Assembly: GCF_037042905.1 (NCBI RefSeq)
Contig: NC_087251.1
Span: 35,032,001-35,096,000 of the forward strand
Direction of reading: 5' to 3'
Length of the DNA stretch: 64,000 nt
Origin: Lytechinus pictus
Lineage: Eukaryota
Shown: positions 19,701 through 33,030 of the stretch, piece by piece
How the letters are laid out: every line of letters begins with the position of its first letter
Position numbering within the stretch: the first letter of the stretch is position 1
Position numbers and translations under genes: made by a program
The notes under the pieces: generated by a model
What the model was told of the DNA's origin: nothing
Seen by the model: only the letters and a program-made list of their open reading frames with translations
Database searches by the model: none

Positions 19701-22700
19701 TTCATTAACCTAGAATTTGAAATAGATAAATTGTATTTCATTATTCAAAAAAATGTCTTGCCGCCTTAAAATTTCATGAAGGTCAAATCGATTTTAAGAG
19801 TATTTTTCTTTTTAGAAATAGATCTGATAGAAATTTTTGAATTTTATTTCTGAAGGATTGAATTGATGAATAAGGCTTGATGAACGAATGAAATTTCGTT
19901 TTGGAGAGCGTCAAATTTGGCAAGGATATATTTTTTTCGTTGCATATAAATCTTGAGTGGGTCTTTTTTCGATTTTTCTCTAAACTTTGCTTGAGGATTT
20001 CACCTCGATTCCGGACAACAAGAGGCGGTCCGATTTAAAAGGAAATTAAGAAGGCTGGAACCCCTTCAGCAACATGGTCTAAACAGTCCCACATTGATGG
20101 CCCACACACGATTTTTCTCTCATGTCCTTGTCAAAATTCTGCCTCTTGAACATGTTGAATAAAATGTCCATCTTCTCTGCCCTATATGCATCATTCACCC
20201 ATTCGTTTTCGAATAGAGAGGTGTTTTTTTTTCGAGGTGACAGTTTCGTCTAACCCCAAAGAAAAGAAACTTTGAAAAGAAAGTAGCACAATAAATGGGC
20301 CAGTCACGCGATAAAAAATACAAGAAGCCAGTATAAAGAAATCCGATTACCGCCTCGTTATTATGAAAATTCAGAGATATTGTCACAAATGTTATTGAAC
20401 ATTTGTTAGGTTCTGAGTTATGATATTTGTGCTAATTCAATTGCCCGGGGTATATGTCGAGCAGAGAAAAATGATTGTGAAAATACAAAGTGAAACCCGC
20501 GTTCCCGGACAGTATCAGTTTCATGACTGTTGATGTTAAAAACTTGTTTTTGATTTAAGGAACCCAAGAAAAAGCAAGTAAGCCACCAATATCATGAAAA
20601 CTAGAATACCAGTGAGTTAACCCTCTTCTGATATTGAAAAGACGAGTGCATAGTCCTTATTATCGAATGATGAATTTTGAAATGTTATAATAGTTTCGTC
20701 ACATGCGCAAAAAATGACCATACAACATTACTACGACCAAAAAGAACACTTTAAAAGCAATCACGTATATTATTGTAATTGAGTGCAAAAACACGCCACG
20801 ACAAAATAATAATTAAGCCGCTAAAAGCACAATTATCTCATCATTCTGCAGAAGATTGAATCTATCAGAAAAGGTTTGCTGTACATTGTACAACAGGTGG
20901 CATATTTCCGACTAACAAGACCGAAACCAAATAGTTGTAACTGTAACGTGCTCGACAACGAGGAGGATTGTTTCCATGGCAACGGCAAGCGTTTGGTTTC
21001 ATCATGGACCATGGTTTCATCAAACTTTGGCAGCAGACCTAAATCACGTTGATGACGTAGAGGAAACGATTGTCGGCTTTTCATGTGTCTGAAACTTCAT
21101 ATTTACTTTGTCAGGTCTACACGGTAGAGGGGAAAAACTTTTTTTATGTTTCACTTTCATTGCATGATTAGCACCGTAAAACGAAAGTGGAAGAAATTTG
21201 TTTTCGGTGCACATACTCTTAAAAAAAGTTATTGTAAAAACAAGTGTTATAAATACAGAGTCGAATACGTCTCACGGGTTAGTTGATTAGTCTGATTGTA
21301 TTATCAATAAAGCATGCATAAAAATTTGCTTTCGAATTTTCGACTGCATTTTTTTTGCCAAATCGACGCAAACCTTCTTAGCCTTTTGTCTCTTTTTTTT
21401 ATTTTTTTATCACATTTCTATTAGTGCCAGTGTTTTCTTATTTTTCTTTTGGGCTGGGAGTTGTGCTTATAAATTTTCATTTTCAAATTTGATCATCTCT
21501 TTGCGTGTTATCCTTTTCGAAGTCTCTCCGAGAATTGGGCACTGACCATTCTTGGTTGCACGGAATTGTGTCATTTGCCATCAAGGAGAAAACTTAATGA
21601 CAATCCAGACAGCTCGTTTGGGCCAATTATGGACTATAAAGATCTTGGAATCGTCGCAGTGCGTGAAAGGCAGAAGCAGTGATTTTGATCTCGATTAGTA
21701 AACTAAACAGTGAGTTCCGCTTTAAGATGACACGTAGACGAACCTGTTACTAAATGAATTATGAAGGTGTTGAAGTATGATGATCAATGGGCAAGGATTG
21801 TAATCTAATTGTCTACGCATGACCTTGTTTTTGGCTGGTCAGTCATTAATACTCCACTGATTGGCGTCCTATCATTTCTTGCATGCACTGAGTCGTTTGA
21901 TTTAGTTTCCTCTTGAATTCAAGACATATCGGTTTTAACATGTTTAATGAAAATATTCTTGATAAAGCCAGTCTTTACTACAATTTTAGTTCACTTTACA
22001 CAAAAATATGTGAACGTCGACCTACATCGTTACCGTGGTTACTGATACATACACCCGTAGGTTTGAGACATCAGGTATTACACTTTGCGCCGAATAAAAA
22101 AAAAAGATTGACAAAGCCATGGTATTTTTTGCAAGTTTGAGAGAATCAAATATAGCTCACAATAGTCCCGAGCTTTTTTTAAATATATTTTAAACATAGC
22201 GCACTGAAATCATAATAATTTAAGGAAGGGGTTAGAACCTGGGTATTTCAAGGGGGGGGGGGGAAGACAGTGTAAAGGTTACGTCACTATCCTTCTGAAT
22301 CGAACGATAGTGACAGTGGCGCGGATCACTTTTTACACTCTTTTTTTTTTCTTTCTTCGGTTTTTCCCCTTCTTCGTCTTTTCAACATTCCTCTCTATTT
22401 GTGATTGTATTCCTTGAAAAAAAAAAATAATGGGGTAAGCCCCCTGTGTGTTGCAGCATTGCCCTTGGTTCTAGGGAACTTCATATCGAATTGGCGAATA
22501 TTATGTTAATTTGTTTTGTAGTCGATGGATCGAGGCACTCATTATCATGATTATTTTAATATTACGCCAATAATTCTTGAAATCTTGAAATTCTAATAAG
22601 AATGAATTACAAATTTCACTATAATTCTTACGTTGGATGTTCATGATTTTTAAGGCACAATTTGATATGTTTAATTAATGTTCATTATTATTTTAGTAAT

Positions 22701-24064
22701 GGAAGGATTGATAACCCATAAATTTACATTCTATTCCTATAATCACTGATATTTAAAAATAAGGTTCATCGCAGTGACAGAATTGTGTGGGATCAGATTT
22801 TCTCTTTTTTTCTTCAATCGTCCAATGGCCTCGAAATGAACTCGTGCCATAAATTACTTATTTTTCGTGTGATTTCAGTTTTTCACTCCTTTTCCTTCTA
22901 ATCATTGTGAACACCTGGACAAAAATGTTGAATTGACACCATTTTCTGTTATTTCCTTGAATCTTATCCTGAAATATGGTATCAAAATCATATTAACTGG
23001 AGCAGTATTTAAATGCTGACGTAATAAGAAGGAATAAATGGGGGGGGGGGGGTATGTGCGGCAGCCAGTCCTAGTTTTACTCCATTCATTTGGCTTGTAG
23101 TAGGAGACGAATCCATTATCATACTATATCTGGTAGACTTAGAAATAAGTCATTAATTGCAATTATTCATCTAAATAAGTATATTTTCTATTTGTCTATT
23201 ATGGCTTTATGCAATCACTAGTTTAGTTTAGATTTCGATTAGTTTCGAGTTTTACTGTATATTAAATATATATTCAAAAAATCAGAATAGATACTCACCT
23301 GTAATAATGTATGGTAAAGTTGTTCCGTTTGTCGATGTCAACATATCATATTTTGATGTATTTACTTGTATTTTCGCCAGAGCAGTATGTTTTCGGTTAC
23401 ATCCGATTCGAAATAGTAGCTGGATGACCTTGTTTTGCATCATGGGTAGATCCCGTGCAATAATTCGCACAGCGCGCTTCTCGGCTTGATATCGACACGC
23501 GTCGTAGGACAGAAGCGCGACATTTCTTGGTTTTACTCAACCATTCTCTTATTTTCGACACCGAATCATGTTTTGCTTTAACTTTTACAGATTTAACTTA
23601 AAAAATTGAGGTATTTCCAAGGAAAAACATCCTCCATAATCTGACAAATATCGGTAATTTAATTTGGCCTGCTTATTGATACCACCTTTAAATGGACGCG
23701 CGCCCTGAATAACAAAAACATATCGATAGTCAATGTGATGCGAAGTCTCAGTGTCGGCGATCGTAGACGTAGTTGATGTAAATTTTTTTTAATAATCCAT
23801 TGCTAAACATAATTATACCATTTTACCTATCTTAATGAAACACATTTGTCTGTTGTATACAATTTTATGGCATTATCATTAGAAAGAGTGGGCGTATGCA
23901 TTTCTTTTTTCCTTGCACATTATTTTATTTAGTTCATTATTTTGAATCGTCATCATCACTGTTGTGCTGCGATTTTGTTTCTTCTTATTTCTGCCACTGC
24001 GTGGCATTTGGCACCATGTCCCCACCCCACCCCTCTAGATCCACCGCACCCCCTAATTATCAGC

Positions 24065-24325
24065 GTCAACAGGTGGGGTTATAATGCGTCAGAACCCCAC
24101 CCTCCTTTCTTCCCACCTTGTTAGGTGCTCAAGGCGCTCCTCTGTTACCCCGGCGCTCTTTGAGGATTAATTTCCTGCCGGTACCCATTTACCTCACCTT
24201 GGTTGAGTGCAGCACAATGTAGGTGAATATCTTGCTGAAGGAAAACACGCCATGGCTGGGAATCGAACCCGCGTCCCTCAGATTGAAAGACGAGAGTCTT
24301 AACCACTACACCAAGTCTCCCCCAC
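24065..24325 (-). mobile_element. tRNA-derived SINE (same family as 2678)
   Basis: reverse-complement A/B boxes and shared core ttgagtgcagcacaatgt. Confidence 0.85.
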
Positions 24326-25339
24326 AATATATGTTTAGAGGTAGGAGGTCTAAAATATGTTCCAACTCAGACTAAGCTTTAGTAGGTGACTAATAACAGA
24401 ACATGATCATATGATTCTGTGGTGATGTCATATTTAATCCATATCGAGAAATAACCCAACTTCTTGGTTCCGATTTAAATTGGAAAAATAACAATGAATA
24501 TGGTTGATTCATGATTTTCATTTAAAAATTGGCAGAACATGGTGGCATGCCTTTTCATACAAAACAGTCACTGATCACTCGGCACTGCACCGCCTCCAGT
24601 ATTAATCTATTTTGAAGACGAAACGTCATCTCATAGAACCACGCATATGTCTTTTTCAATATAGAAAAGCGTCCTTTCTGCACGCGCCAGGGACACCGCC
24701 AATTGGAGGCGACAGTAGCTTTCAAATGAGAAAGGATGATTTCCTTAATGATAATATTCGTATTTTACGGCGTTGATAGTTTCACGGAAACATTTAAAGT
24801 TAACAAGGTTTAACAAACATTTAGTAAGAAGACGACTATTTCATTAATTATCTCAAAATGTATGCTCGGATTTTATTCTCCATTTCGGACTTAATGGAAA
24901 ATGTTTTGGCCGCGGAATTACCGTGAGAGACTAGAGAGACATAATATATGAATATCTTGCAAAATGTGCACATGTATGTGATATTTTTGGTTATGTCTAT
25001 TGGAGTGTAATTTACGCAGAACATTATTGTTTTGTAGGGAAGAATTATTATGCATTACTAATATTCAAGAAATGATGCTTCCTTTAACCACATGTACATG
25101 AATGCAATTGTGGTGTTCAATGCAGCATGTCCTTAAAACAGATTGCTGTGGTGGGCGGATATCACAGATTACTATGAGGCGCCGAATGTACCAATATTAT
25201 ATAGAACAATTATTTGTTATATAATCATTATTTATTAAATAATAACTATTATTTATATATAATTTACATTTTATTTGTAAATAACTACTATTATATAAAA
25301 TATCATTTCTAATTATTTATATATAATTCCAAGTAATAC

Positions 25340-25945
25340 TTCATTATTTGTAAATAATAATAGTTCGACATTCCATTATTTATAAATAATGATTATTTGT
25401 TTTTCATTATTTATAAATAATGATTATTTGTTTTTCATTATTTATAAATAATGATTATTTGTTTTTCATTATTTACAAATAATGATTATTTGTTTTTCAT
25501 TATTTATAAATAATGATTATTTGTTTTTCATTATTTATAAATAATGATTATTTGTTTTTCATTATTTATAAATAATTTGTTGAGTTTTCCATTATTTATA
25601 AATAATGATTATTTGTTAAATAATGAAAACGTCTACTTCATTATTTATAAATAATTTTTTCGAGTGCACCATTATTCTCATTATTTATAAATAATCATTA
25701 TTTAATGTTCGAGTTTTCCATTATTTATAAATAAAGATTATTTGTTAAATAATGAAATATCTACTTCATTATTTATAAATAATAATTTTGTTTCAATATC
25801 CATTATTTATAAATAATCATTATTTATAAACAATTTTTACAGTTTGCCATTATATACAAATAATCATTATTTATATACAAATAACCATTATTTATTAAAT
25901 AATGCCATTATTTATTAAATAATGCCATTATTTATTAAATAATGG
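25340..25945. repeat. 31-bp AT-rich tandem array in the left arm of the foldback element
   Basis: unit ttatttataaataatgattatttgtttttca, built on the palindrome cattatttataaataatg. Confidence 0.9.
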
Positions 25946-28217
25946 AAAACTCGCTATAACATGCAAATGTGGGACCGCCCATGATATGAATATTCATGAT
26001 GCGATTTCCTTTTTCGTGATTTTTCTTCACAAATTAAGTTTTGTCCATTTCCTCTTCATAATGACATTTCTTGAAGCAATTTTCTAGGGATATGGTCTGA
26101 TTGTAATATTCTTCATTTTCTATATAACCTTGTCTTCGTAGAAATATCAAAAAGTGTAATTTTATACGATTTTTCCTACAGTTCACAATCCCCATAGGCG
26201 CGCGTGTATCGTAGGGACAACCGGTGAATCGACGGAGTGCTCTTCATCGAAATACTACGTTGGTTGGTCCCCGGAAGTGGCGGGCGGAATTTAGCCCGAA
26301 TCCTCGATGGAAGTCGATCAAGTGCATATGAGCTGAGAGAGTGAAATATCAGTGTACTTGTACAGGCCCTTCTACTTTTTATAAATATTTATTGTTGCTT
26401 TTTTTGTTAAGTTAATTTTTCCTGGTGTAGAGATAAGTTTCAGTTCTAATAATGCACTTCAAATACATTTTGGAGTGTCTGTTTGAGGCGTTTGGGGCGA
26501 TTTCACCCTGGCCCCAAAATGCTCGCAACGACAATACGGGGCCATGGTGACCCCTAAATTTTTAAAAACTTATTTTTCTATTGAAAATTATCACAAAATT
26601 CACCAAAAGTGTGCACGAAAGCCTTCGTATTTCACTTTTAAAACTCCAAAAAGTGCCCAAATGACAAGCTTGGTCGCTTCGCTGTGTCGCTTTCAACTTG
26701 AGAACGTTTACGCGTCTGCTTCCCCCCCCCCCTCCTCCGAAAGAAATTCTGTATACGGCCATGCTCTAAAGAGCCTGGCACATTGATTTATGTATACTTC
26801 ATTTTCATTATTTTTATCTCATTATCATCATGGCCTTACGCAAAATTTTTTCCGGGGGAGGGGGGGGGGGGTGCATGGGGGGAGCAGGACGCGCGTAAAC
26901 TTTCTCATAAAAATCTTTAAAAAGCGAAGCGACCAAGCTTGTCATTTGAGCTTGGTCGCCTCGCTGTCTCGCTTTCAAGATTTTTTTGAGAAACTTTACG
27001 CGCGTCCTAGCTGCTCCCCCCCCCCCCCCGGTAAAAATTCTGTGTAAGGCAATGATGATAATGTGATAAAAATAATGAAAATGAAAAGTACATATAAATC
27101 AATGTGCCATATGCTCTTTTGAGCATGGCCGTTCACAGAATTTCTTTCGGGGGGTGGGGGCCGCAGACGCGCGTAAACGTTCTCAAGTTGAAAGCGAGAC
27201 AGCGAAGCGACCAAGCTTGTCATTTGGGCTTGGTCCCGTGGCTGTCTCGCTTTCAAGATTTTTTTGAGAAAGTTTACGCGCGTCATGCTCCGGCCCCGGC
27301 CCCCCTGGAAAAAAATTATGCGTAAGGCCATGTTGATAATGAGATAAAAATAATGAAAATGAAGTATACATAAATCAATGTGCCAGGCTCTTTAGAGCAT
27401 GGCCGTATACAGAATTTCTTTCGGAGGAGGGGGGGGGGGGGAAGCAGACGCGTAAACGTTCTCAAGTTGAAAGCGACACAGCGAAGCGACCAAGCTTGTC
27501 ATTTGGGCACTTTTTGGAGTTTTAAAAGTGAAATACGAAGGCTTTCGTGCACACTTTTGGTGAATTTTGTGATAATTTTCAATAGAAAAATAAGTTTTTA
27601 AAAATTTAGGGGTCACCATGGCCCCGTATTGTCGTTGCGAGCATTTTGGGGCCAGGGTGAAATCGCCCCAAACGCCTCAAACAGACACTCCAAAATGTAT
27701 TTGAAGTGCATTATTAGAACTGAAACTTATCTCTACACCAGGAAAAATTAACTTAACAAAAAAAGCAACAATAAATATTTATAAAAAGTAGAAGGGCCTG
27801 TACAAGTACACTGATATTTCACTCTCTCAGCTCATATGCACTTGATCGACTTCCATCGAGGATTCGGGCTAAATTCCGCCCGCCACTTCCGGGGACCAAC
27901 CAACGTAGTATTTCGATGAAGAGCACTCCGTCGATTCACCGGTTGTCCCTACGATACACGCGCGCCTATGGGGATTGTGAACTGTAGGAAAAATCGTATA
28001 AAATTACACTTTTTGATATTTCTACGAAGACAAGGTTATATAGAAAATGAAGAATATTACAATCAGACCATATCCCTAGAAAATTGCTTCAAGAAATGTC
28101 ATTATGAAGAGGAAATGGACAAAACTTAATTTGTGAAGAAAAATCACGAAAAAGGAAATCGCATCATGAATATTCATATCATGGGCGGTCCCACATTTGC
28201 ATGTTATAGCGAGTTTT

Positions 28218-28823
28218 CCATTATTTAATAAATAATGGCATTATTTAATAAATAATGGCATTATTTAATAAATAATGGTTATTTGTATATAAATAATGAT
28301 TATTTGTATATAATGGCAAACTGTAAAAATTGTTTATAAATAATGATTATTTATAAATAATGGATATTGAAACAAAATTATTATTTATAAATAATGAAGT
28401 AGATATTTCATTATTTAACAAATAATCTTTATTTATAAATAATGGAAAACTCGAACATTAAATAATGATTATTTATAAATAATGAGAATAATGGTGCACT
28501 CGAAAAAATTATTTATAAATAATGAAGTAGACGTTTTCATTATTTAACAAATAATCATTATTTATAAATAATGGAAAACTCAACAAATTATTTATAAATA
28601 ATGAAAAACAAATAATCATTATTTATAAATAATGAAAAACAAATAATCATTATTTATAAATAATGAAAAACAAATAATCATTATTTGTAAATAATGAAAA
28701 ACAAATAATCATTATTTATAAATAATGAAAAACAAATAATCATTATTTATAAATAATGAAAAACAAATAATCATTATTTATAAATAATGGAACGTCGAAC
28801 TATTATTATTTACAAATAATGAA
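28218..28823. repeat. Mirror 31-bp tandem array in the right arm of the foldback element
   Basis: reverse complement of 25340-25945. Confidence 0.9.
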
Positions 28824-29318
28824 GTATTACTTGGAATTATATATAAATAATTAGAAATGATATTTTATAAAATAGTAGTTATTTACAAATAAAATGTAAA
28901 TTATATATAAATAATAGTTATTATTTAATAAATAATGATTATATAACAAATAATTGTTCTATATAATATTGGTACATTCGGCGCCTCATAGATTACTGGT
29001 GAAAGAGATATGCAATAATGATGCATATATAGACTTTCAAATTTTCAGCATGATTTAAAATCAGAGGAATATTGACGTAGGAGTTGCAACGTGAGCAAAA
29101 ACCATGAACCCTCACGAATCAAAATGATATTTAGGCCTACACAGTGTCAAGGGAAGACATGGAATAATGAATTTGACGGCTCTGTCTCTGCATACAAATT
29201 AGGATGTGACTTCGAATATTTATCATTTTGAAATGTGCAATATATCAAAACTGACTGAGAGCCCACGTAATCTACAACCGCGACATACTTCTATAATGAG
29301 CTTTGAACCATAAAGCCC

Positions 29319-29583
29319 TGGGGCGTCGTGGTCTAGTGGTAATGACTCTCGTCTTTCAATCTCAGGGACGTGGGTTCCATTCCCAGTCATGGCGTGTTTT
29401 ACTTCAGCAAGAAATTTACCAACATTGTGCTGCACTCAACCCAGGTGAGGTGAATGGGTATCCGGTAGGAATAAATTCCTCGAATGCTTAAGAGCGTCTA
29501 TATGGCGGCTCGGCTAAAGCGCAGTAGAGTATATTAAAATAGTAGCTGCACTACGTAAATGATCCATATTATTATTGTTATTA
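29319..29583 (+). mobile_element. tRNA-derived SINE (same family as 2678)
   Basis: A-box tggtctagtgg, degenerate B-box, shared core, TTA tail. Confidence 0.85.
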
Positions 29584-29999
29584 TATGAGATTTGTACCAT
29601 GGAGGTCTGTTAGTAACCCCATGGTTGAACGCATGATCATCGCGTGAGCATAAACGATATCAAACGGGCTATCCCGTTCTTTATTTATCTCTTTTTCTGA
29701 TTTCACGTTGGGAGCTTTCCAGGGGTTCCAGCCATCAGCATCTTTAATTTTATTTTTGAAAAAAATATTATGGATGGATATGATATGAGTGTAGATGACG
29801 CATAGGTCTAGCTAGTAGGAAGTAAAGTCTGCCATGAAACACACGAACGAGAGGTAGTAGGTAGTGATGTATGGAGGAGACGGGATTGCAGGAGAAGAAT
29901 GGCCTGTCCTCGGATATCGGGGAACTAACAGATTAAACAGCTGTGATCCGAAGACAGCATCAGGCTCGAAGGTATAGACAAAGTAGAAATATGAAAGTG

Positions 30000-30300
30000 G
30001 AGATGAAGCGTCTGGGAAGAGGCGAAGTAGAAGAAGGTGAAGAAGAAGAAGAATGAGGAGGAGGAGGAGTCGAGGAGAAGAAGAAGGAGAAGGAAGGAGG
30101 AGTAGGGAAAGGAAAAGGGGAGGGAAAGGAAAAAAAGGGGAGGAGGAGGGGAGGAGGAGGGGGGAGGAGGAGGAGGGGGAGGAGGAAGAGGGGAGGAAGA
30201 GTATGAAGAAGAGGAGGTGGAAGAAGAAGAAGAGGAGGAGGAGGAGGAGAAGGAGGAGGAGGGGAAGGGGGAAGAAGAGGAAGATGACGAAATAGAAGAG
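30000..30300. repeat. (GAG/GAA)n purine-rich low-complexity tract
   Basis: direct composition. Confidence 0.9.
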
Positions 30301-32879
30301 CGACAAATAAAGTGCGATTTAATCCTAGATATTCGGACAGGACATGATGGACAGACAATGAGTTTACTTAGGAACCAGCTCAGATCAAACAAAAAGTTAA
30401 CTACTGAATCGGGAAGCGATTACTTTATTTTATTTTATTAATAGATCATGCAATCAACTTTGATTCGTAAAACTTAAACAATGCAAGGCATTAAGATAAG
30501 ATAGCGATCCACGTGAAAGAGACGAATGGAGAGAGTATCGAAAATAAATAGTTTGCAGACAGACGTTGCCATGGCAACCGACGATTTTCGATACGCCCGT
30601 TATGGATCGGACACACAGCTTGACAGAAGTTTGCCAAAACGCGAATCGCGTCAAGGAAAAGTATTGGCAAATTGCAAGATTTGAAAATTCTCTATCAATC
30701 ATTGGAATCAGTGAGACGTTTGCTGTTGGCAAGTTGTGCAAAAGGAAAAAAAACGAGATGGAAGTTTACACTTTAATCTGTATGAGACGATGTAATTCAG
30801 TCAATGGTTAGAAAGAACCTGCGTCAGTGATGGCAAGAGGAAGGTCTACCAGAATTTTGTAACTTTTTTTTTTAACCGAACTTCGAACTAGATGTTTAAA
30901 ACGTTCTGCGCGATGACGAGGGATATAAGAATGAATAGTCATTTCCACTTCAACTGTGCCAGAACTTTGTCAAAAAGTGCTTTAAAGTATCCCCTTTTCC
31001 TCCAGGGAAAGGGATGCAAGTAAGTAACTCCTCGACTTTTCTTGGACTTGATAATTTGTCTTCTATTTTGAGACAAAGTCCGATTAAAAAGAAGTGCTCC
31101 TTGAGTTCAACTTTAAGCCAACTCGTATGGGTTTTATCACATTGTTTCGTGATTTTGAAATAAGAACTGACAACCTGGTTTCAATAGGGTTCAAATGTGT
31201 AAAAATGTAAATTCTCCAAGTTTACGTAAAGTTCAGCGAAAATGTTAACATGGTTAAAGCCCGAACATTTCAACACGCTCTGCAAACGCGACAGTCCCAT
31301 TTCCTGTTTCGAAATTGACAGCATTTTAAAATTGTATTTTCTGTAGGTTATAGCATTTATCTCCGTGGTATTTGGTACAGATATTGTTGTTTACTTCTGG
31401 TTAGTGTTGCATCCTATTTAATATTCAAACAGATTATTGGCATCGTTTATTGTAATGTACAGAAGTAATAATTATCAGTTCATTGGTCCATTTTGTACGG
31501 CAGTTAATGTAAGCCTTAAACTGTTTGAAAACTGAAATTGGAAACTTTGATCGCAAAAACAATCAAATTCTTTAGATTTATTGTTAATTTCCCTCCTTTT
31601 TGACTTGTCTAGTCAACTCATAATAGTTGATGGATGTTATGTAATTCTCCGAAAGATGTTTGGTGAGAAATGCATCCTTGATTAGGACGGAAAACTGCAT
31701 TAAATCGTTAGGGATTTTACAAGACAATCAGGAGTTGTCTATAGACAATGTTTGCTGGGATTTTTACCTCTATAATGTGCTGACTCACAGCGCACACCTG
31801 ACACATAACCATCAAAAATGTTTTTGTTTTTTTTATCAAATAGCCGCACGTGATGATAATATAAGAACAGAAGATATAATAAAAACAAATCGCATCACGG
31901 CTTTCTTTTTTATATCTAACAGAATTAGAAACAGAACAATAAACATTCTATCGTTCAAATTCTGAAGATGGTAAGCATCTGATTATAATTACAAAAGTCG
32001 ACCACAATGAAGCAATGACTTGATATTCGTTATACTTTCGTGATGCAATATAACGCTCATATTTGACTTTGGAAAAAAATTGTTATACACTCGGATAAAG
32101 ATATTATTTGCATATCGCGCTAATCCCCTTTTCGTAGAATACAAATTTCCAAACAAAATTGAATTTCCCCCTAGACAAATATTATGAAAATTGAGAGGGC
32201 GTAAGTATGAAATAACATAATTATCTTTTTATTTTCATAGTTCTGCTTGTTAACTTAATTAGTTATCTTAACACTTAGGGGCCAGGAAACAGTTCAGAAA
32301 CTGCCAACAACCATTTCGAAGTGCCAACAATACGCACACATCCACAGAAGTCAAATTGTGATACATTTTCCCATCAGGAATTCTTTCATTGAAAATACCT
32401 TATTTGGCTGGGTTTCAAACATGTCATTCAGCAGCTCCTAAACTGTGCTTGTTGGGCCTCCACATGGATATTCAGACAGAATGATCTCAACGATTTCTAA
32501 AGATATTTTACCAGTGGTATTATTGCACGGGCGTCAAATAGGCGGACTTACAGACCACTTTGTATTACTCTTGATGAGTTTCTAACAAGCAATTCGTCAC
32601 ATTTCTTTTAATCTTTTAATTCAATTGGTAATTGATGTTTAAAAAGTAGGTTATCGAAAATATAGTTCAGCAATCTAAATCTGCTTATTACGCGCAACCG
32701 TTTAAGTCTGATCTGTATCATCGTAATTGTGTGATTAGGGAATTGTCATGCCCGTGTACAGTATGTCTGTTGGCCTAGATACTGATGAATTGTACTTGTT
32801 ATCTTCGTGTTCATTTTTAAAAATATAATTTTGCCAACAAAGTTGCCCCCTCCCCCAAAAGAAAAAGAAAAAATACATA

Positions 32880-33030
32880 AATAGAAATAAAATGAATAAA
32901 TAAATAAATGAATATAATAATAAATGATAATAATAATAATAATGATAATAATAATGATGATGTTAATGATTATAACAATGATAATAATAATAATGATGAT
33001 AATAATAATGATAATGATAATGTTGATAAC
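32880..33030. repeat. (ATA/ATG)n microsatellite
   Basis: direct composition. Confidence 0.9.

Larger units (their letters stand above)
25173..28990. mobile_element. 3818-bp foldback (palindromic) non-autonomous DNA transposon with IS3EU-type ends
   Basis: ends TATGAGGCGCC...GGCGCCTCATA; 6-bp TSD GATTAC (25167-25172 and 28991-28996); ~1.7-kb arms nearly identical. Confidence 0.92.

Noticed and set aside
25340..25600. CRISPR-like regular repeats
   Set aside because: Head-to-tail units without unique spacers, eukaryotic context, no cas genes.
25173..28990. Assembly artefact (fold-back chimera)
   Set aside because: A clean 6-bp TSD, unique flanks, substitutions between the arms and a diverged centre argue for a real insertion. 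Long reads would settle it.
29812..30441. Several long overlapping ORFs (poly-E, poly-R, poly-S/P)
   Set aside because: They come from the GA-rich low-complexity tract; no splice or domain support.
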